DNA of 64,000 nucleotides from Candidatus Hydrogenedentota bacterium (GCA_034669905.1 JAXMOL010000008.1:1-64000), one strand, 5' to 3'; shown: positions 1 through 9,634, counted from the stretch's first letter. Made by a program: numbers and translations. Notes: generated by a model not told the origin, from the sequence alone.

Positions 1-26
1 AATTGTGTGGCATCAAATCGTTTCAT
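1..26 (-). CDS. 5' end of a possible divergent gene running off the window (MKRFDATQ...)
   Basis: Minus-strand ATG at 26 with AGGA/AAGGAG upstream; only 8 codons visible. Confidence 0.3.
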
Positions 27-163
27 GGGATAAATTCCTGCAATTTCTCCTTTTCATGGAACTTTTTGGCGAACGGGGGACATCTATACAACAAGTAGTG
101 GAGGCGTCCCTACTCAGACCAAGCATTTTGGGTCGCCACGCGCGAAAACAAATCGGTAATTGG

Positions 164-193
164 TTGACAAAATCACCGTTTGGCGCGTAAAAT
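164..193 (+). promoter_or_regulatory. sigma70-type promoter for the secretin operon
   Basis: TTGACA (164-169), 18 bp, TAAAAT (188-193) in an AT-rich intergenic region. Confidence 0.55.
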
Positions 194-264
194 TAGTATG
201 TTTATAAGTTGCAGAGCTTCCTCAACGTGGAAGTAGTGCCCCGGAGGGTAGAAGGGGTTCCACA

Positions 265-663
265 ATGGAACTTCGTCCATATAGTGTTCTCATTGCCATC
301 GCGCTGATCCTCGGCGGGATCGGATCCGCTGCCGCCCATACCATTCCGGCAGACAAGGTGGACGCCCAGAAAATCTTTTACGGCAACTCAGAAGCCTTCG
401 AAGCCCCTGCGCGGGTGAACTATCAAAAAATAGTGAAGGCAACCCCTGAGTATTCGTCCATTAAGAAGAAAAAGATTGTGAGTGGCTCGGCCAAGTACTG
501 GATCCTTATCAGCAAGGCCAGCGACCGCGCACAACGTCTTATAAAGGAAGTGGGTGAAGAAACAAACTTTGACCTGGTGGTGGCCGATGGATATCTTGAA
601 ACCCTGGAACCTGCCATCGAAGCCGAAGATGTTACGGAGTTGGTCCTCGAAAAGCTCCAGTAG
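265..663 (+). CDS. Secreted protein, shortened Skp/OmpH-like
   Basis: Signal peptide (..SAAAH); ARVNYQKIV and IKEVGEETNFDLVV...EDVTELVLEKL resemble the Skp N- and C-terminal core, but the long coiled coil is missing. Confidence 0.55.
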   Translation: MELRPYSVLIAIALILGGIGSAAAHTIPADKVDAQKIFYGNSEAFEAPARVNYQKIVKATPEYSSIKKKKIVSGSAKYWILISKASDRAQRLIKEVGEETNFDLVVADGYLETLEPAIEAEDVTELVLEKLQ

Positions 664-688
664 GACTGGCCCCCCACCCCAAGCCACC

Positions 689-1696
689 ATGCTGTCTTTC
701 CCCATCAATTTGGGCGACCTCCGAAGGCTCCTGTGCCTTCCCATACTGGCTCTGCTGGTCGCCGGCTGCGCCCGCTCTTCGGATGTGCAACTCATTTCCG
801 AAGCCCGAGGCCCCTTAACGGCCAACAGCGCCACCGTCTCCAATGCGGCAGCCCGACAGGCCCTGGATGATGCCATGGGCATGATCCGGGCCGGCGAACA
901 TTCCATGGCCATTCCCCGCCTCACTTCCATCACGTCCCGGTACCCCGGCAGCGATGCGGCGGTGGACGCGTGGTATTTTCTCGGCCTCACCTACTACAAG
1001 ATCGATGGGCTCTACAATGCGGAGCGCTATTTTTCCAAATACCTGAGCCTCCGGCCAGACGGTAAGTATGCGGCCCTGAGCCGGGAGTACGTGGCCGGCA
1101 TTGCCCAGTCCGTGCAACAGCGCGAAACCGATCGGGAAGCCCTGGAAGCCCGGGTCGCGAAGTATGAGGGCGTCAGTGAACCGGAAGAATTAGCCACCCA
1201 TTTGGAACTTGCCGACACCTATTGGAATAATAGTGAATACGAGAAGGCCTCAGTAATCTATCAAAAACTGCTGAAAGCCTGGCCCTCCCTGAAAGACGAC
1301 GTCATCATCCGACGACGCATGGAGCCCGGACCGGACGGCAATTGGATCATTCTTACGCCGGAGGAAGTTAATCGGCGTTACAAAGAGGCCGAGCCCCTCT
1401 CCATCTTCAACACGGCCTCCTGGAAGAGCGGACAGTTTCGCCCCCTCCAGTTGGACTATACCAATGTCTACTATAACGTCTCCGGACAAGCCGTCAATCG
1501 CAGCGAAAGCCCGCTGCAGGATGTCCGCGTGACCATTACAATATTCAACTTTGGTGGCCAGGTCTACGATGTGCAAACGCAGCATCTGGGCTCGCTGCGG
1601 CCGGGTGAAACCCGGGCCTTCAGCGTACGCTTCTCGAATTTTGATAACATAGACAACGTCCATCGATTCGAGTGTGTAGGGACCTATCAGCGGTAA
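689..1696 (+). CDS. Lipoprotein with BamD/CpoB-like TPR repeats and C-terminal FxLYD-type Ig domain
   Basis: Lipobox LVAGC; YPGS..AWYFLGLTYY..YLSLRPDG TPR signature; VSGQAVN..VRVTITIFN..LGSLRPGETRAF. Confidence 0.75.
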   Translation: MLSFPINLGDLRRLLCLPILALLVAGCARSSDVQLISEARGPLTANSATVSNAAARQALDDAMGMIRAGEHSMAIPRLTSITSRYPGSDAAVDAWYFLGLTYYKIDGLYNAERYFSKYLSLRPDGKYAALSREYVAGIAQSVQQRETDREALEARVAKYEGVSEPEELATHLELADTYWNNSEYEKASVIYQKLLKAWPSLKDDVIIRRRMEPGPDGNWIILTPEEVNRRYKEAEPLSIFNTASWKSGQFRPLQLDYTNVYYNVSGQAVNRSESPLQDVRVTITIFNFGGQVYDVQTQHLGSLRPGETRAFSVRFSNFDNIDNVHRFECVGTYQR

Positions 1697-1703
1697 GGAA
1701 GTC

Positions 1704-2828
1704 ATGCGAGTTTTACAACGGACAGCGGTTCTCCTGGCACTCCTGGGAAGTAGTGCCGTCTGGGCACAAGACCCCCAGCAGGTCCAGGTGTCCGTCAAGG
1801 TCATTGAGTTCCAGACCAACAAAGACATTGAAACGGGGCTGAGCGCCTACTTCCAACAGCGCCTCGTGCCTCAGCCCTATGGCCGGGCGGACTCTCCGGT
1901 GGGGAGCATCAGCGCCTCCGACATCACCTTCCCCTCCAGCACGACGGCGGGTATTACCGTATTCCTTGATCGTCTTGTCACCCGCTATGGCGATATCGAG
2001 GTCGTCCTTCAGGCACTGGTCGATCAGGGCCGGGCCTTTATTCTTTCCCAACCGACCGCCTTGGTGCCCGTCGGTCCCGCCGCCGATGCCAAGCCCACCG
2101 TCATCAAGACGACGCAGGACATCCCTTATGAAGACACGGTAGTGGCGGGCTCAACGGCCGTGCAGATTACCAATTTCAAGCCCACCGGTGTGACGCTTAC
2201 GGTGGTGGCCTCGGAAATCCTGGATGATGATGGCGATCCCGAAACGAAGGAAGACACCTATATCAACCTTCAGTTAACGGCGTCGGTCGTCGAAGAAGGA
2301 CAGCGCATTACGGTCGCCCTGGACGATCTGCTGGCCGGTTCGGGCGGTATCTTTGACTCTTCGACCAATGCTATTCAGGTGCCCGAGTTTGTGTCCCGCA
2401 TTATTACAACCAACGTCTGGGTGCGCCATGGACAGGTGCTCATGCTCGGCGGACTCTACCGCAACACGGAGAGCAAAGACCTGGCGACCCTTCCGTGGCT
2501 GACCCAGAGTGACCGGTTCATGAATGGCGTCATCCAACGTGCGGTTCCCTTTGCCGTCCAACCCGTGCCACTGAGCAGCAGCATTGGTAACAATACCCTG
2601 GCGCATAGTCGTCGGGAATTGATCTTCCTCATCAAGGCCGACGTGCCCACCCTCATATTCGATGAGGGCATGGCGGTCGAAGAGGAGGGGTCCATGCTGA
2701 CCAACCCCACGGGGGTGGTGACCGACGTGTTGAAGACCATCGGGGATATCCCCCGGGAAATTGGCGAGAACGTAACCGGGGAAGATCTCGGCGACGGCAT
2801 TACGTCTGAGTTGGGAGCGGAAGAATGA
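1704..2828 (+). CDS. Secretin-family outer membrane protein, core domain only
   Basis: Signal peptide, then QVQVSVKVIE, ILSQPT, TGVTLTV, VRHGQVLMLGGL, LPWL, ELIFLI secretin motifs. Confidence 0.8.
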   Translation: MRVLQRTAVLLALLGSSAVWAQDPQQVQVSVKVIEFQTNKDIETGLSAYFQQRLVPQPYGRADSPVGSISASDITFPSSTTAGITVFLDRLVTRYGDIEVVLQALVDQGRAFILSQPTALVPVGPAADAKPTVIKTTQDIPYEDTVVAGSTAVQITNFKPTGVTLTVVASEILDDDGDPETKEDTYINLQLTASVVEEGQRITVALDDLLAGSGGIFDSSTNAIQVPEFVSRIITTNVWVRHGQVLMLGGLYRNTESKDLATLPWLTQSDRFMNGVIQRAVPFAVQPVPLSSSIGNNTLAHSRRELIFLIKADVPTLIFDEGMAVEEEGSMLTNPTGVVTDVLKTIGDIPREIGENVTGEDLGDGITSELGAEE

Positions 2829-3919
2829 TGTACCGCAACGGCATAAGGTTCCTGGCCCTGTTGGGTATGGCCACCCTGTCCTTTCCCGCCACCGCCCAGG
2901 ACCCGCCTCCGGCCGAGCCCGCACCCGCACCCGCCCCGGCGGAAGCGGCCCCCGCAGCCCCCGCTGAAGCCGCGCCTGCAGAAGCTCCCCGGGATATCCG
3001 GCAGGTGCAGGTACGGGTGCAGATTGTGGAAACCAACGAACGGGGACTCCGGGACATCGGCGCCAATCTGAATTACACCCGCTTTGTGGATGGTGTGGAG
3101 CAATCCGGCTCGTTGGAGCAGATCAGTACGAATACATTTGATTCCGTGGGCGATTTTCCCCGCGTTACCCTGCCCGTTCCCGATTCACGGGATGTGTTTC
3201 GCCCGGATGAAGACAACAACACGGCCAATGGCGTCCAGACCCGGGAAGGTTTCGGACTGACCGCCACCGTAATTGAGTCAAACCGTGGCACACTGGACAC
3301 CGTCTTCCGGGGTCTCGAAGAAGGGCTTGATACCGATGTAGTTTCCCGCCCCGAAATCCTGGTCATTGACCAGAAGCCGGCCACCATCAACGCCGGTGGC
3401 GAGGTGCCCTTCCAGGGCGTCACCTACAATAAGGACACGGGCGTACCGAAACTCAATGTGGAGTTCAAGCCCATCGGGGTCAATATGGACATGGTGCCCA
3501 CGATCCAACCCAATGACATTATTAAACTCGACATCACCAAGCTCGATGTAACCGACACGGTGCGTATCGAGAATATTCGTGGTGTGGATTTGCCTGTTTT
3601 CTCAACCCGCTCTCAGACGGGGGTGGTTTATGTACCCAGTGGACAGACCCTCGTAACGGGTGGCCTGACCTCGCGGCTGGTGCGCCAGAACGAACGGCGT
3701 GTCCCCATCATTGGCAAACTCCCCGTCGTCGGTTTTCCCTTTCGCAGCCGCCAATCCGAATCCAACTTACGGACCCTGCTCATCTTCGTGACGCCCACGG
3801 TCGTGGACCTGCGCAACCTGTCGCCGGACGGCAAGCGGGCCATGGAATTCTGGAAAGGCCGTAACTGGTCCAACGAAAAACGGATCGGTGCCGAGATGGA
3901 GGCCATGGAGTTCGAGTAA
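2825..3919 (+). CDS. Second secretin-family protein, core domain only, with Pro/Ala linker
   Basis: QVQVRVQIVE, VSRPEILV..A.INAGGEVP, GVNMDMVPTI, GQTLVTGGL, VPIIGKLPVVGFPFRS, LLIFVTPTVV; start overlaps upstream stop. Confidence 0.88.
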   Translation: MMYRNGIRFLALLGMATLSFPATAQDPPPAEPAPAPAPAEAAPAAPAEAAPAEAPRDIRQVQVRVQIVETNERGLRDIGANLNYTRFVDGVEQSGSLEQISTNTFDSVGDFPRVTLPVPDSRDVFRPDEDNNTANGVQTREGFGLTATVIESNRGTLDTVFRGLEEGLDTDVVSRPEILVIDQKPATINAGGEVPFQGVTYNKDTGVPKLNVEFKPIGVNMDMVPTIQPNDIIKLDITKLDVTDTVRIENIRGVDLPVFSTRSQTGVVYVPSGQTLVTGGLTSRLVRQNERRVPIIGKLPVVGFPFRSRQSESNLRTLLIFVTPTVVDLRNLSPDGKRAMEFWKGRNWSNEKRIGAEMEAMEFE

Positions 3920-4052
3920 CGCCGGGATCGGAGGGCGCTCCAGAAGAACGTCCGTGCCCCAACAGAATCCATCGATCTTTGCGGGAGAGCGGTTCCTACC
4001 GATCTGCAGACAACACAGAAACTACAGAGGGTATCGCGCATATGGGATTGCT

Positions 4053-4271
4053 CATGGAGCGAGCTTTCAGCCCTTGTGCGTTGGTTGCCCCCCTTTTCAT
4101 GGGGCTTTGCCCCATGCTGGTATGTTGCCGGGCCTTTGGCCCTCCGGAAGCCGCAAGATTCGTGGGAGAGCACGCCACGAGCGCCAACGGTGCGTACCCA
4201 TATCAGCCCAGGCTGAAGGCCTGGGAAAACCCATTCCATGATGCTACGAAGGGCTGTAAGCCCGCCCCATG
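4053..4271. repeat. REPIN-like palindromic element (two inverted ~90-bp arms)
   Basis: Left arm 4053-4143 and right arm 4180-4271 are imperfect reverse complements, each with internal hairpins; left arm recurs at 15275-15362. Confidence 0.7.
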
Positions 4272-4622
4272 TTCGGGCAGATATAATTGAGATTGAAACG
4301 CGATTCGTGCATCAGCGTGACCCGAAATAGATAATTCGAGATTTGCTCCCTTAATCTTTGAATTAAACCCTTACAGGCAATCCAGCAGCATTTTATGATC
4401 CCTTGACGCTGTGCCGGGTAGGATAACCTGCCCTCCGTCCCATCTTCGGCGCGGTTGCTCCGTCAGCAATCGGTCCACTCGGGCGTAGTCGAATACTCCG
4501 CATTCGGCTATGTATACCTTGGGCCTACACCCCATTCACTTGATATCGACTGCGGTCATTCCGCACAATCGGGGCCGCTAACCTGAACCCCCATCCCAAG
4601 CCAACGGAGTGACCCGCCCCCC

Positions 4623-6191
4623 ATGAAAGCCTGCTTACGGACCTATGGATGGGCCATCGCTTCTGGAATTCTCCTCTCCTGGGCCTTGCCCAACTTTCAC
4701 TGGTTCCCCCTGGCCTGGGTGGGCCTCATTCCCCTGCTCTATAACACGCGCAGCACGACCGCCAAGGTGAGTGCCGCCCGCTTTTTCGTGGCGGGCTGGG
4801 TCTTTAACTCCATCGTGCTCCAATGGCTGATCGGCAACATCTTCTGGGCCGGTGGCTGGGCCATTCTCGGACAGCAGGGCGTATGTCTCGCTCTTTCCGT
4901 CTATTGGGCCCTCCTCGGTGCCCTCTGGTCCCGCATGAATACCCGGCTCCCGGTGTGGCTCATCGCGCCCGCCTTTGGCCTCTGCTGGATTGCCATGGAG
5001 TGGTTGCAGGCCCGTCTCTTCAGCGGACTCGGCTGGGCGGCCCTCGGCTATAGCCAGGGTCCGGATATCTGGTTTTCCCAGGTGGCGGCACTGGGTGGCG
5101 TCTCCCTCCTCTCGGGTATCCTGGTGACCGTCAACGTATGGCTCACCCAGGCCGTGGCCGACCAATCGCTCCGCCTCCGCAGTGCGGCGGCGGCACTGAT
5201 GCTGGCGGTCGTCGCCCATGGGGTAGGCATGCTCCTCCTCGACAGTCCCGATGAGAATCCGGACACGCCCTTTTCGGTGGGTATCTATCAGAGCAACTAT
5301 GCCCAGCACATGAAATGGGACCCCCATTTTGAGCAGACCATGCTGGACATGGCCATTGACCAATCCACCATCGTCACCCAGAAGGAACCCGTCGACCTCT
5401 TCCTGTGGCCCGAAGCCCTCATCATGAATGAGTTTCGCGCACCCCGGACCCTTCGCCCCCTGCAGGAATTCGTCGCCAAGACCGACGTCCCCCTCTTCAC
5501 CGGGGCGGTCCGCCGGGAAAACACCCCCACACGGGCCTTCAACGCCAGCACCCTGATCAGACCCAACGGCGACTACGACATTTACGACAAGATGAAACTC
5601 GCCCCCTTCGGCGAATACATCCCCTTTGAGTCCTACCTCGCCTTTGCCCGGGGTATGGGCGCGGGCGGTGGTATTACGCCGGGGGACACACCACGCGTTT
5701 TCTCCGTGGGCGACCGCAAATTCGGGCCCCTCATTTGCTTCGAAGTCCTCTTTGCCCCCCTCGCCGATGAACGCCGTGCCCTGGGCGCCGATTTCCTCGT
5801 GGTGATTACCAACCTCGGCTGGTTTGGCGGCAGCAATGTCCTGTCCCAAGAGCTTGAGATTGCCCGCTTCCGGGCCATCGAAAATCGCTTGCCCCTCGTT
5901 CAGGCGGCCAACACGGGCGTCTCGGGCGTCATCGACCCCTGGGGCCGCATTAATGTCATTGACGGCGTGGTTACGGTGAAGGGGCGCTACCTCACGTGGG
6001 ACACGCCGCCCCCCCGCGGTGACGCCATGATGCAGCGTCGTGTGGGGGCCTTGCCCCTGCCGGAAGCGGCCGCCTTGCCCCTCCCCGGCTCGGTTCGCTG
6101 GTTTGGACGGCTCGCCACCCTGGGCGGTCTCGCACTCGCCCTGGCCCTGTGCTTCCTGCCCGCTCGACAGAAGGCCCCGGAAACGTCATGA
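4623..6191 (+). CDS. lnt: Apolipoprotein N-acyltransferase
   Basis: N-terminal TM helices; WPE, YDKMKLAPFGEYIP, ICFE, ITN, RAIENR, AANTGVS motifs. Confidence 0.95.
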   Translation: MKACLRTYGWAIASGILLSWALPNFHWFPLAWVGLIPLLYNTRSTTAKVSAARFFVAGWVFNSIVLQWLIGNIFWAGGWAILGQQGVCLALSVYWALLGALWSRMNTRLPVWLIAPAFGLCWIAMEWLQARLFSGLGWAALGYSQGPDIWFSQVAALGGVSLLSGILVTVNVWLTQAVADQSLRLRSAAAALMLAVVAHGVGMLLLDSPDENPDTPFSVGIYQSNYAQHMKWDPHFEQTMLDMAIDQSTIVTQKEPVDLFLWPEALIMNEFRAPRTLRPLQEFVAKTDVPLFTGAVRRENTPTRAFNASTLIRPNGDYDIYDKMKLAPFGEYIPFESYLAFARGMGAGGGITPGDTPRVFSVGDRKFGPLICFEVLFAPLADERRALGADFLVVITNLGWFGGSNVLSQELEIARFRAIENRLPLVQAANTGVSGVIDPWGRINVIDGVVTVKGRYLTWDTPPPRGDAMMQRRVGALPLPEAAALPLPGSVRWFGRLATLGGLALALALCFLPARQKAPETS

Positions 6192-7771
6192 GCGCCGCAC
6201 GCCACCAACTGACCCGTTTCGCCGCCATCTTTGCCGGCGGCACCATGCTGAGCCGCGTCCTTGGACTCGTCCGCGATGTGGTGCTCCTTTCCGCCATCCC
6301 CGGACCAGCGAAGGAAATCTTTTTTTTCGCCTTCAAGATTCCCAATATGCTGCGGGACATGCTCGGCGAGGGTGCGGTGAACGCCGCCTATGTACCCCTC
6401 TTCTCCCGCAGTCTCGAGCAGGACGGCGAAGAAGCCTTCAAGCGACTGGTGCGGGCCTGTCTCTCGGCCACCATGATCCTCTTTTTCGTACTCACCGTGG
6501 TCGGCATCCTCCTCGTGCCCCTGCTCCCCACGGCCCTGGCACTCCTCCAGCCCCTGAGCCACGCCGATCCCCTGCCCCAGGAAACGCTGGAACGGACCAT
6601 GGAGGTCCTTCGGTGGATTATCCCCTATCTCTTTTTTATCGGCACGGCCGTCTTCGCCATGGGCCCCCTCTTTGTGGTCAAGCACTACGGCACGCCGTCC
6701 TGGGCACCCATGTTGCTCAATATCGCCCTTATCGCCTCGTGCCTCCTGCTCAACGACTATTTTACGGACCCTGTCTGGGCGCTGGTGACGGGCGTCTGGA
6801 TCGGCGGCATCGCCCAGCTCATCGTCCTCTTCCTCGCCATGAAGCGCCACACGGGCGTGCTCCTCCCCTCGTGGGAATTGGGACACCCCGGCGTGAAACA
6901 GGCCCTCTTCCTCTTGCTGCCCGTTATCGTGGGCCAGGCCACGGGGGAAGTGAACAAACTGGTGGACGCCTTTTTCGCCTTCAAGCTCGAAGCCGTGACC
7001 ACCCTCTATGCCGCCAACCGCCTCATCCAATTACCCCTGTCTATCTTTGGCATCGCCGTGGCCGTGGCCATCCTGCCCACCATCTCCGCCGCCGGGGCCC
7101 GGAAAGACCACGGCGAGATTCGCGCGACCCTCCTTCACGCCCTCCGCCAATCGGCCTTTCTTGTCTTACCCGCACTCGTCGCCCTCCTCGTCATGGGCGA
7201 AGAAATCGTGGGACTCCTCTTCGTCCATGGCGGTGGTGAATTTACCGCGAGCGATGGACACGACGCCGCCCTCGCCCTCTTTTACTACGGGCTCGGGCTC
7301 CTGTCTTTCACGTGGGTCAAGGTGGGTGTGCAGGGATTCTTCGCCATCCACGACACCCGCACCCCCGTCATCATTGCGACCCTCAGCATGGCCCTCAACA
7401 TCGGACTCAACATGCTCCTCGTGGGTCCCATGGGATTCCGCGGCCTGGCCCTCGCCACCTCCATTTCCTTCACCGCCAACTTCCTCGGGCTCTATCTGCT
7501 CTTGGGAAAACGCTACGGCACCCTCCTCTCCGCAGAATTCCTCTTGGGCATGGCCAAGCTCGCCGTGGCCGCCATACTGTCCGCCGGGGCCCTACTCCTC
7601 GCCCAACGGACCCTTCCCCTCGAATGGCTCCCCGGAGGCTGGTTTGGCGAACTCCTCAACGTCACCGCCCTACTGCTTATCCTCGCCACCACCTACCTCA
7701 TAAGCAGCCTGGCCCTCCGCGTCGACGACATGGCCATCCTGAAACGACTCCTCCGCCGTCGCCGCGCCTGA
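6188..7771 (+). CDS. murJ: Lipid II flippase MurJ (MviN)
   Basis: TMLSRVLGLVRD, AFKIPNMLR..GEGA, YAANRLIQLP, DTRTP, GLALATS; ATGA overlap with lnt. Confidence 0.95.
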   Translation: MSAARHQLTRFAAIFAGGTMLSRVLGLVRDVVLLSAIPGPAKEIFFFAFKIPNMLRDMLGEGAVNAAYVPLFSRSLEQDGEEAFKRLVRACLSATMILFFVLTVVGILLVPLLPTALALLQPLSHADPLPQETLERTMEVLRWIIPYLFFIGTAVFAMGPLFVVKHYGTPSWAPMLLNIALIASCLLLNDYFTDPVWALVTGVWIGGIAQLIVLFLAMKRHTGVLLPSWELGHPGVKQALFLLLPVIVGQATGEVNKLVDAFFAFKLEAVTTLYAANRLIQLPLSIFGIAVAVAILPTISAAGARKDHGEIRATLLHALRQSAFLVLPALVALLVMGEEIVGLLFVHGGGEFTASDGHDAALALFYYGLGLLSFTWVKVGVQGFFAIHDTRTPVIIATLSMALNIGLNMLLVGPMGFRGLALATSISFTANFLGLYLLLGKRYGTLLSAEFLLGMAKLAVAAILSAGALLLAQRTLPLEWLPGGWFGELLNVTALLLILATTYLISSLALRVDDMAILKRLLRRRRA

Positions 7772-7786
7772 TCTTCAGGAACTGAA

Positions 7787-8230
7787 GCCGACAGGCCGTC
7801 GGCGCTCCATAGAATCGACCGGTGTTTCGTGCCACCCGACGCACGGGAATACCGTGGGTTAGACGTCCCGCCTGACATAAAGCCCCCTAATAACCCGAAG
7901 GGCACAAGACACAGATGCTACAGACCACCGTTCCATGGTCTCAACGACACGCCATGACAGCCGAGACGGCTATCCCACTCTGGAGAAAATACAGCACGTA
8001 GCCAGAACACGTCCGTTCCCGGCCCAAATAACACGTATGGGTGCCACGGGCCCGGCAGAGTTTTCCCGTGCTAAGACATTGGCGCCACACCAGGCCCACT
8101 CACGGGACGGTATCGCGCCCGAGTGCCCTGTGTTTTCCACAGCAACGACGAGCCAGCCCACACACTTCACCATCGCTCGCACCACCCCAACGCGCGTTCC
8201 TGTACCGGAGGCAGTAGCCTCGCCCACCCA
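7787..8230. repeat. Cluster of degenerate REP-like palindromes
   Basis: Several short GC hairpins; exact 18-bp and 17-bp blocks (8102-8119, 8187-8203) recur at 10628-10645 and 10676-10692. Confidence 0.55.
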
Positions 8231-8296
8231 ACGTACCCACAGCAAATCCGATATCGAAACCCCGTCCCCATACCATGACCCAAAACCACGTGCAAC

Positions 8297-9118
8297 CTAA
8301 TTGTAATGCTCCATAAACGTCACGTCTCCATCCCAGTTGTTGAGGTCGTCGCCACCACCGAGGTATTCATCGGGCGCATTGTTGCGGTAGTGATTTCGGG
8401 CGGGCGGGGCGTAGGTGTGGCTGGGGTCATAACGGGGTTGGTCGGAAACTTCGTTCTCGCCGAAGGACCAGATATACACCTCCTTCGCGGCATCGGCCGG
8501 AAATCCTTGTTGTCCCGGATCAGCACCCGGCACATGCACTGTCAGCTGGTCGGGCGGTGTGGTGCCTTCGGGAATCCCGGTGGGGGTGAACACGCGGTTT
8601 GCCCGGTAGCTACGAAACAGGACGGGCCCCATGGTCGGTGGCCAGGGGCCGGGAAAGATTTGGTAGGGGTTACCCCAATGATCGTCCTCCAGCGATGTCA
8701 TATAGCTGGTGCCCAGTTTGCTTACCACGGCGGGGTCCAAAGTCTGCTGCGCGGGTTTGAGCAAGGAGTCTCCCCATGAGGCCTCAAGGGTAAGGGCACC
8801 CCGCCCGTGATTGATGAGCGCATAGGTCGCGCGGGTATAGAGGGCGCTACTGGCCTCGAAAAGGTTGGTATTGTGGGCCGCCATATACGCCGTGGTGGCC
8901 TGCTCAAAGGCCACGGGGTCGAAGAAGTCACGGAGACTACCCTTGCCCACATCCCGGAGCATCTTGGTAAGCGCAAGTTCGATGTTGCTAATTTCCGCCT
9001 GAACGCGAGCCGTGCTCCCGTAATTGGTCAAGGGAGAAAAGTAAGGCCGGACCACCAGGTAAAACCCCGCAGCGACCGTTGCCAACGTCGCCAATACCAC
9101 AATAAAATCTCGTTTCAT
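8297..9118 (-). CDS. GspG/pseudopilin-like membrane-anchored protein
   Basis: N-terminal TM, amphipathic helix (AEISNIELALTKM), DHWGNPY, IWSFGEN and GDDLNNW motifs of the GspG C-domain; no G/FTLxE prepilin site. Confidence 0.6.
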   Translation of the reverse strand: MKRDFIVVLATLATVAAGFYLVVRPYFSPLTNYGSTARVQAEISNIELALTKMLRDVGKGSLRDFFDPVAFEQATTAYMAAHNTNLFEASSALYTRATYALINHGRGALTLEASWGDSLLKPAQQTLDPAVVSKLGTSYMTSLEDDHWGNPYQIFPGPWPPTMGPVLFRSYRANRVFTPTGIPEGTTPPDQLTVHVPGADPGQQGFPADAAKEVYIWSFGENEVSDQPRYDPSHTYAPPARNHYRNNAPDEYLGGGDDLNNWDGDVTFMEHYN

Positions 9119-9353
9119 GCCGCAATACCTCCAAAGACACTGTAGCACCATGCCTCCAGCGAATCGAATACGTACACTCGCTGAATTCAGGCCTTGGGCA
9201 CTCCCGCCACGGCAGAAACGCCCCCAACGGGGAGCGTAGGCATTACTACGGGGAGCATGGGAACGAAGAGAAACCTGGTGCCGGGGGCACCCATGCCGGC
9301 GGGCCGCCGGCGCGCCATACCCCAGGGAGTCTCTGCACGCGCCCCATAATCCT

Positions 9354-9410
9354 TTTTGTCTAAGTTTTATTTGACAAAAGTATCATATCGTGCTATCCTT
9401 GTCTAAGTTA
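9354..9410 (+). promoter_or_regulatory. sigma70 promoter with overlapping operator TGTCTA-N8-TTGACA
   Basis: TTGACA 9371-9376, 17 bp, TGnTATCCT (9394-9399); TTGTCTAAGTT present twice (9356, 9399). Confidence 0.65.
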
Positions 9411-9449
9411 AGGCTGAACGAGTTCAACAAGCAGACGAGGACCAATGCG

Positions 9450-9608
9450 ATGCTTAAACGGAGTCACTATTTCATTCTGGCGGCAGCCTTCCTGTCGTTT
9501 CTGCTGTCGGTCTACCTGTTCTTCACGGGCCAGCAACTCGAAGGGATCTTTGTGGGCATCTGGGTCCCCTCCATCTTGTCCCTGGGCATCTACACCCGGA
9601 CGCGCTAA
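9450..9608 (+). CDS. Small 2-TM membrane protein (52 aa)
   Basis: GAGGA RBS; MLKRSHYFILAAAFLSFLLSVYLFF..GIFVGIWVPSILSLG. Confidence 0.7.
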   Translation: MLKRSHYFILAAAFLSFLLSVYLFFTGQQLEGIFVGIWVPSILSLGIYTRTR

Positions 9609-9634
9609 GGCGTCTGGAAGAGGAGCAATACGCC

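Noticed and set aside
3979..4290. ORFs overlapping palindromic intergenic repeats (also 7935-8300, 10582-11262, 15111-15470)
   Set aside because: They coincide with REP-like DNA and lack an RBS and protein-like composition
4280..4560. Possible gene remnant (Uma2-like YIAECGVFDY..VD) on the minus strand in AT-richer intergenic DNA
   Set aside because: Resemblance too short and weak to support without a search
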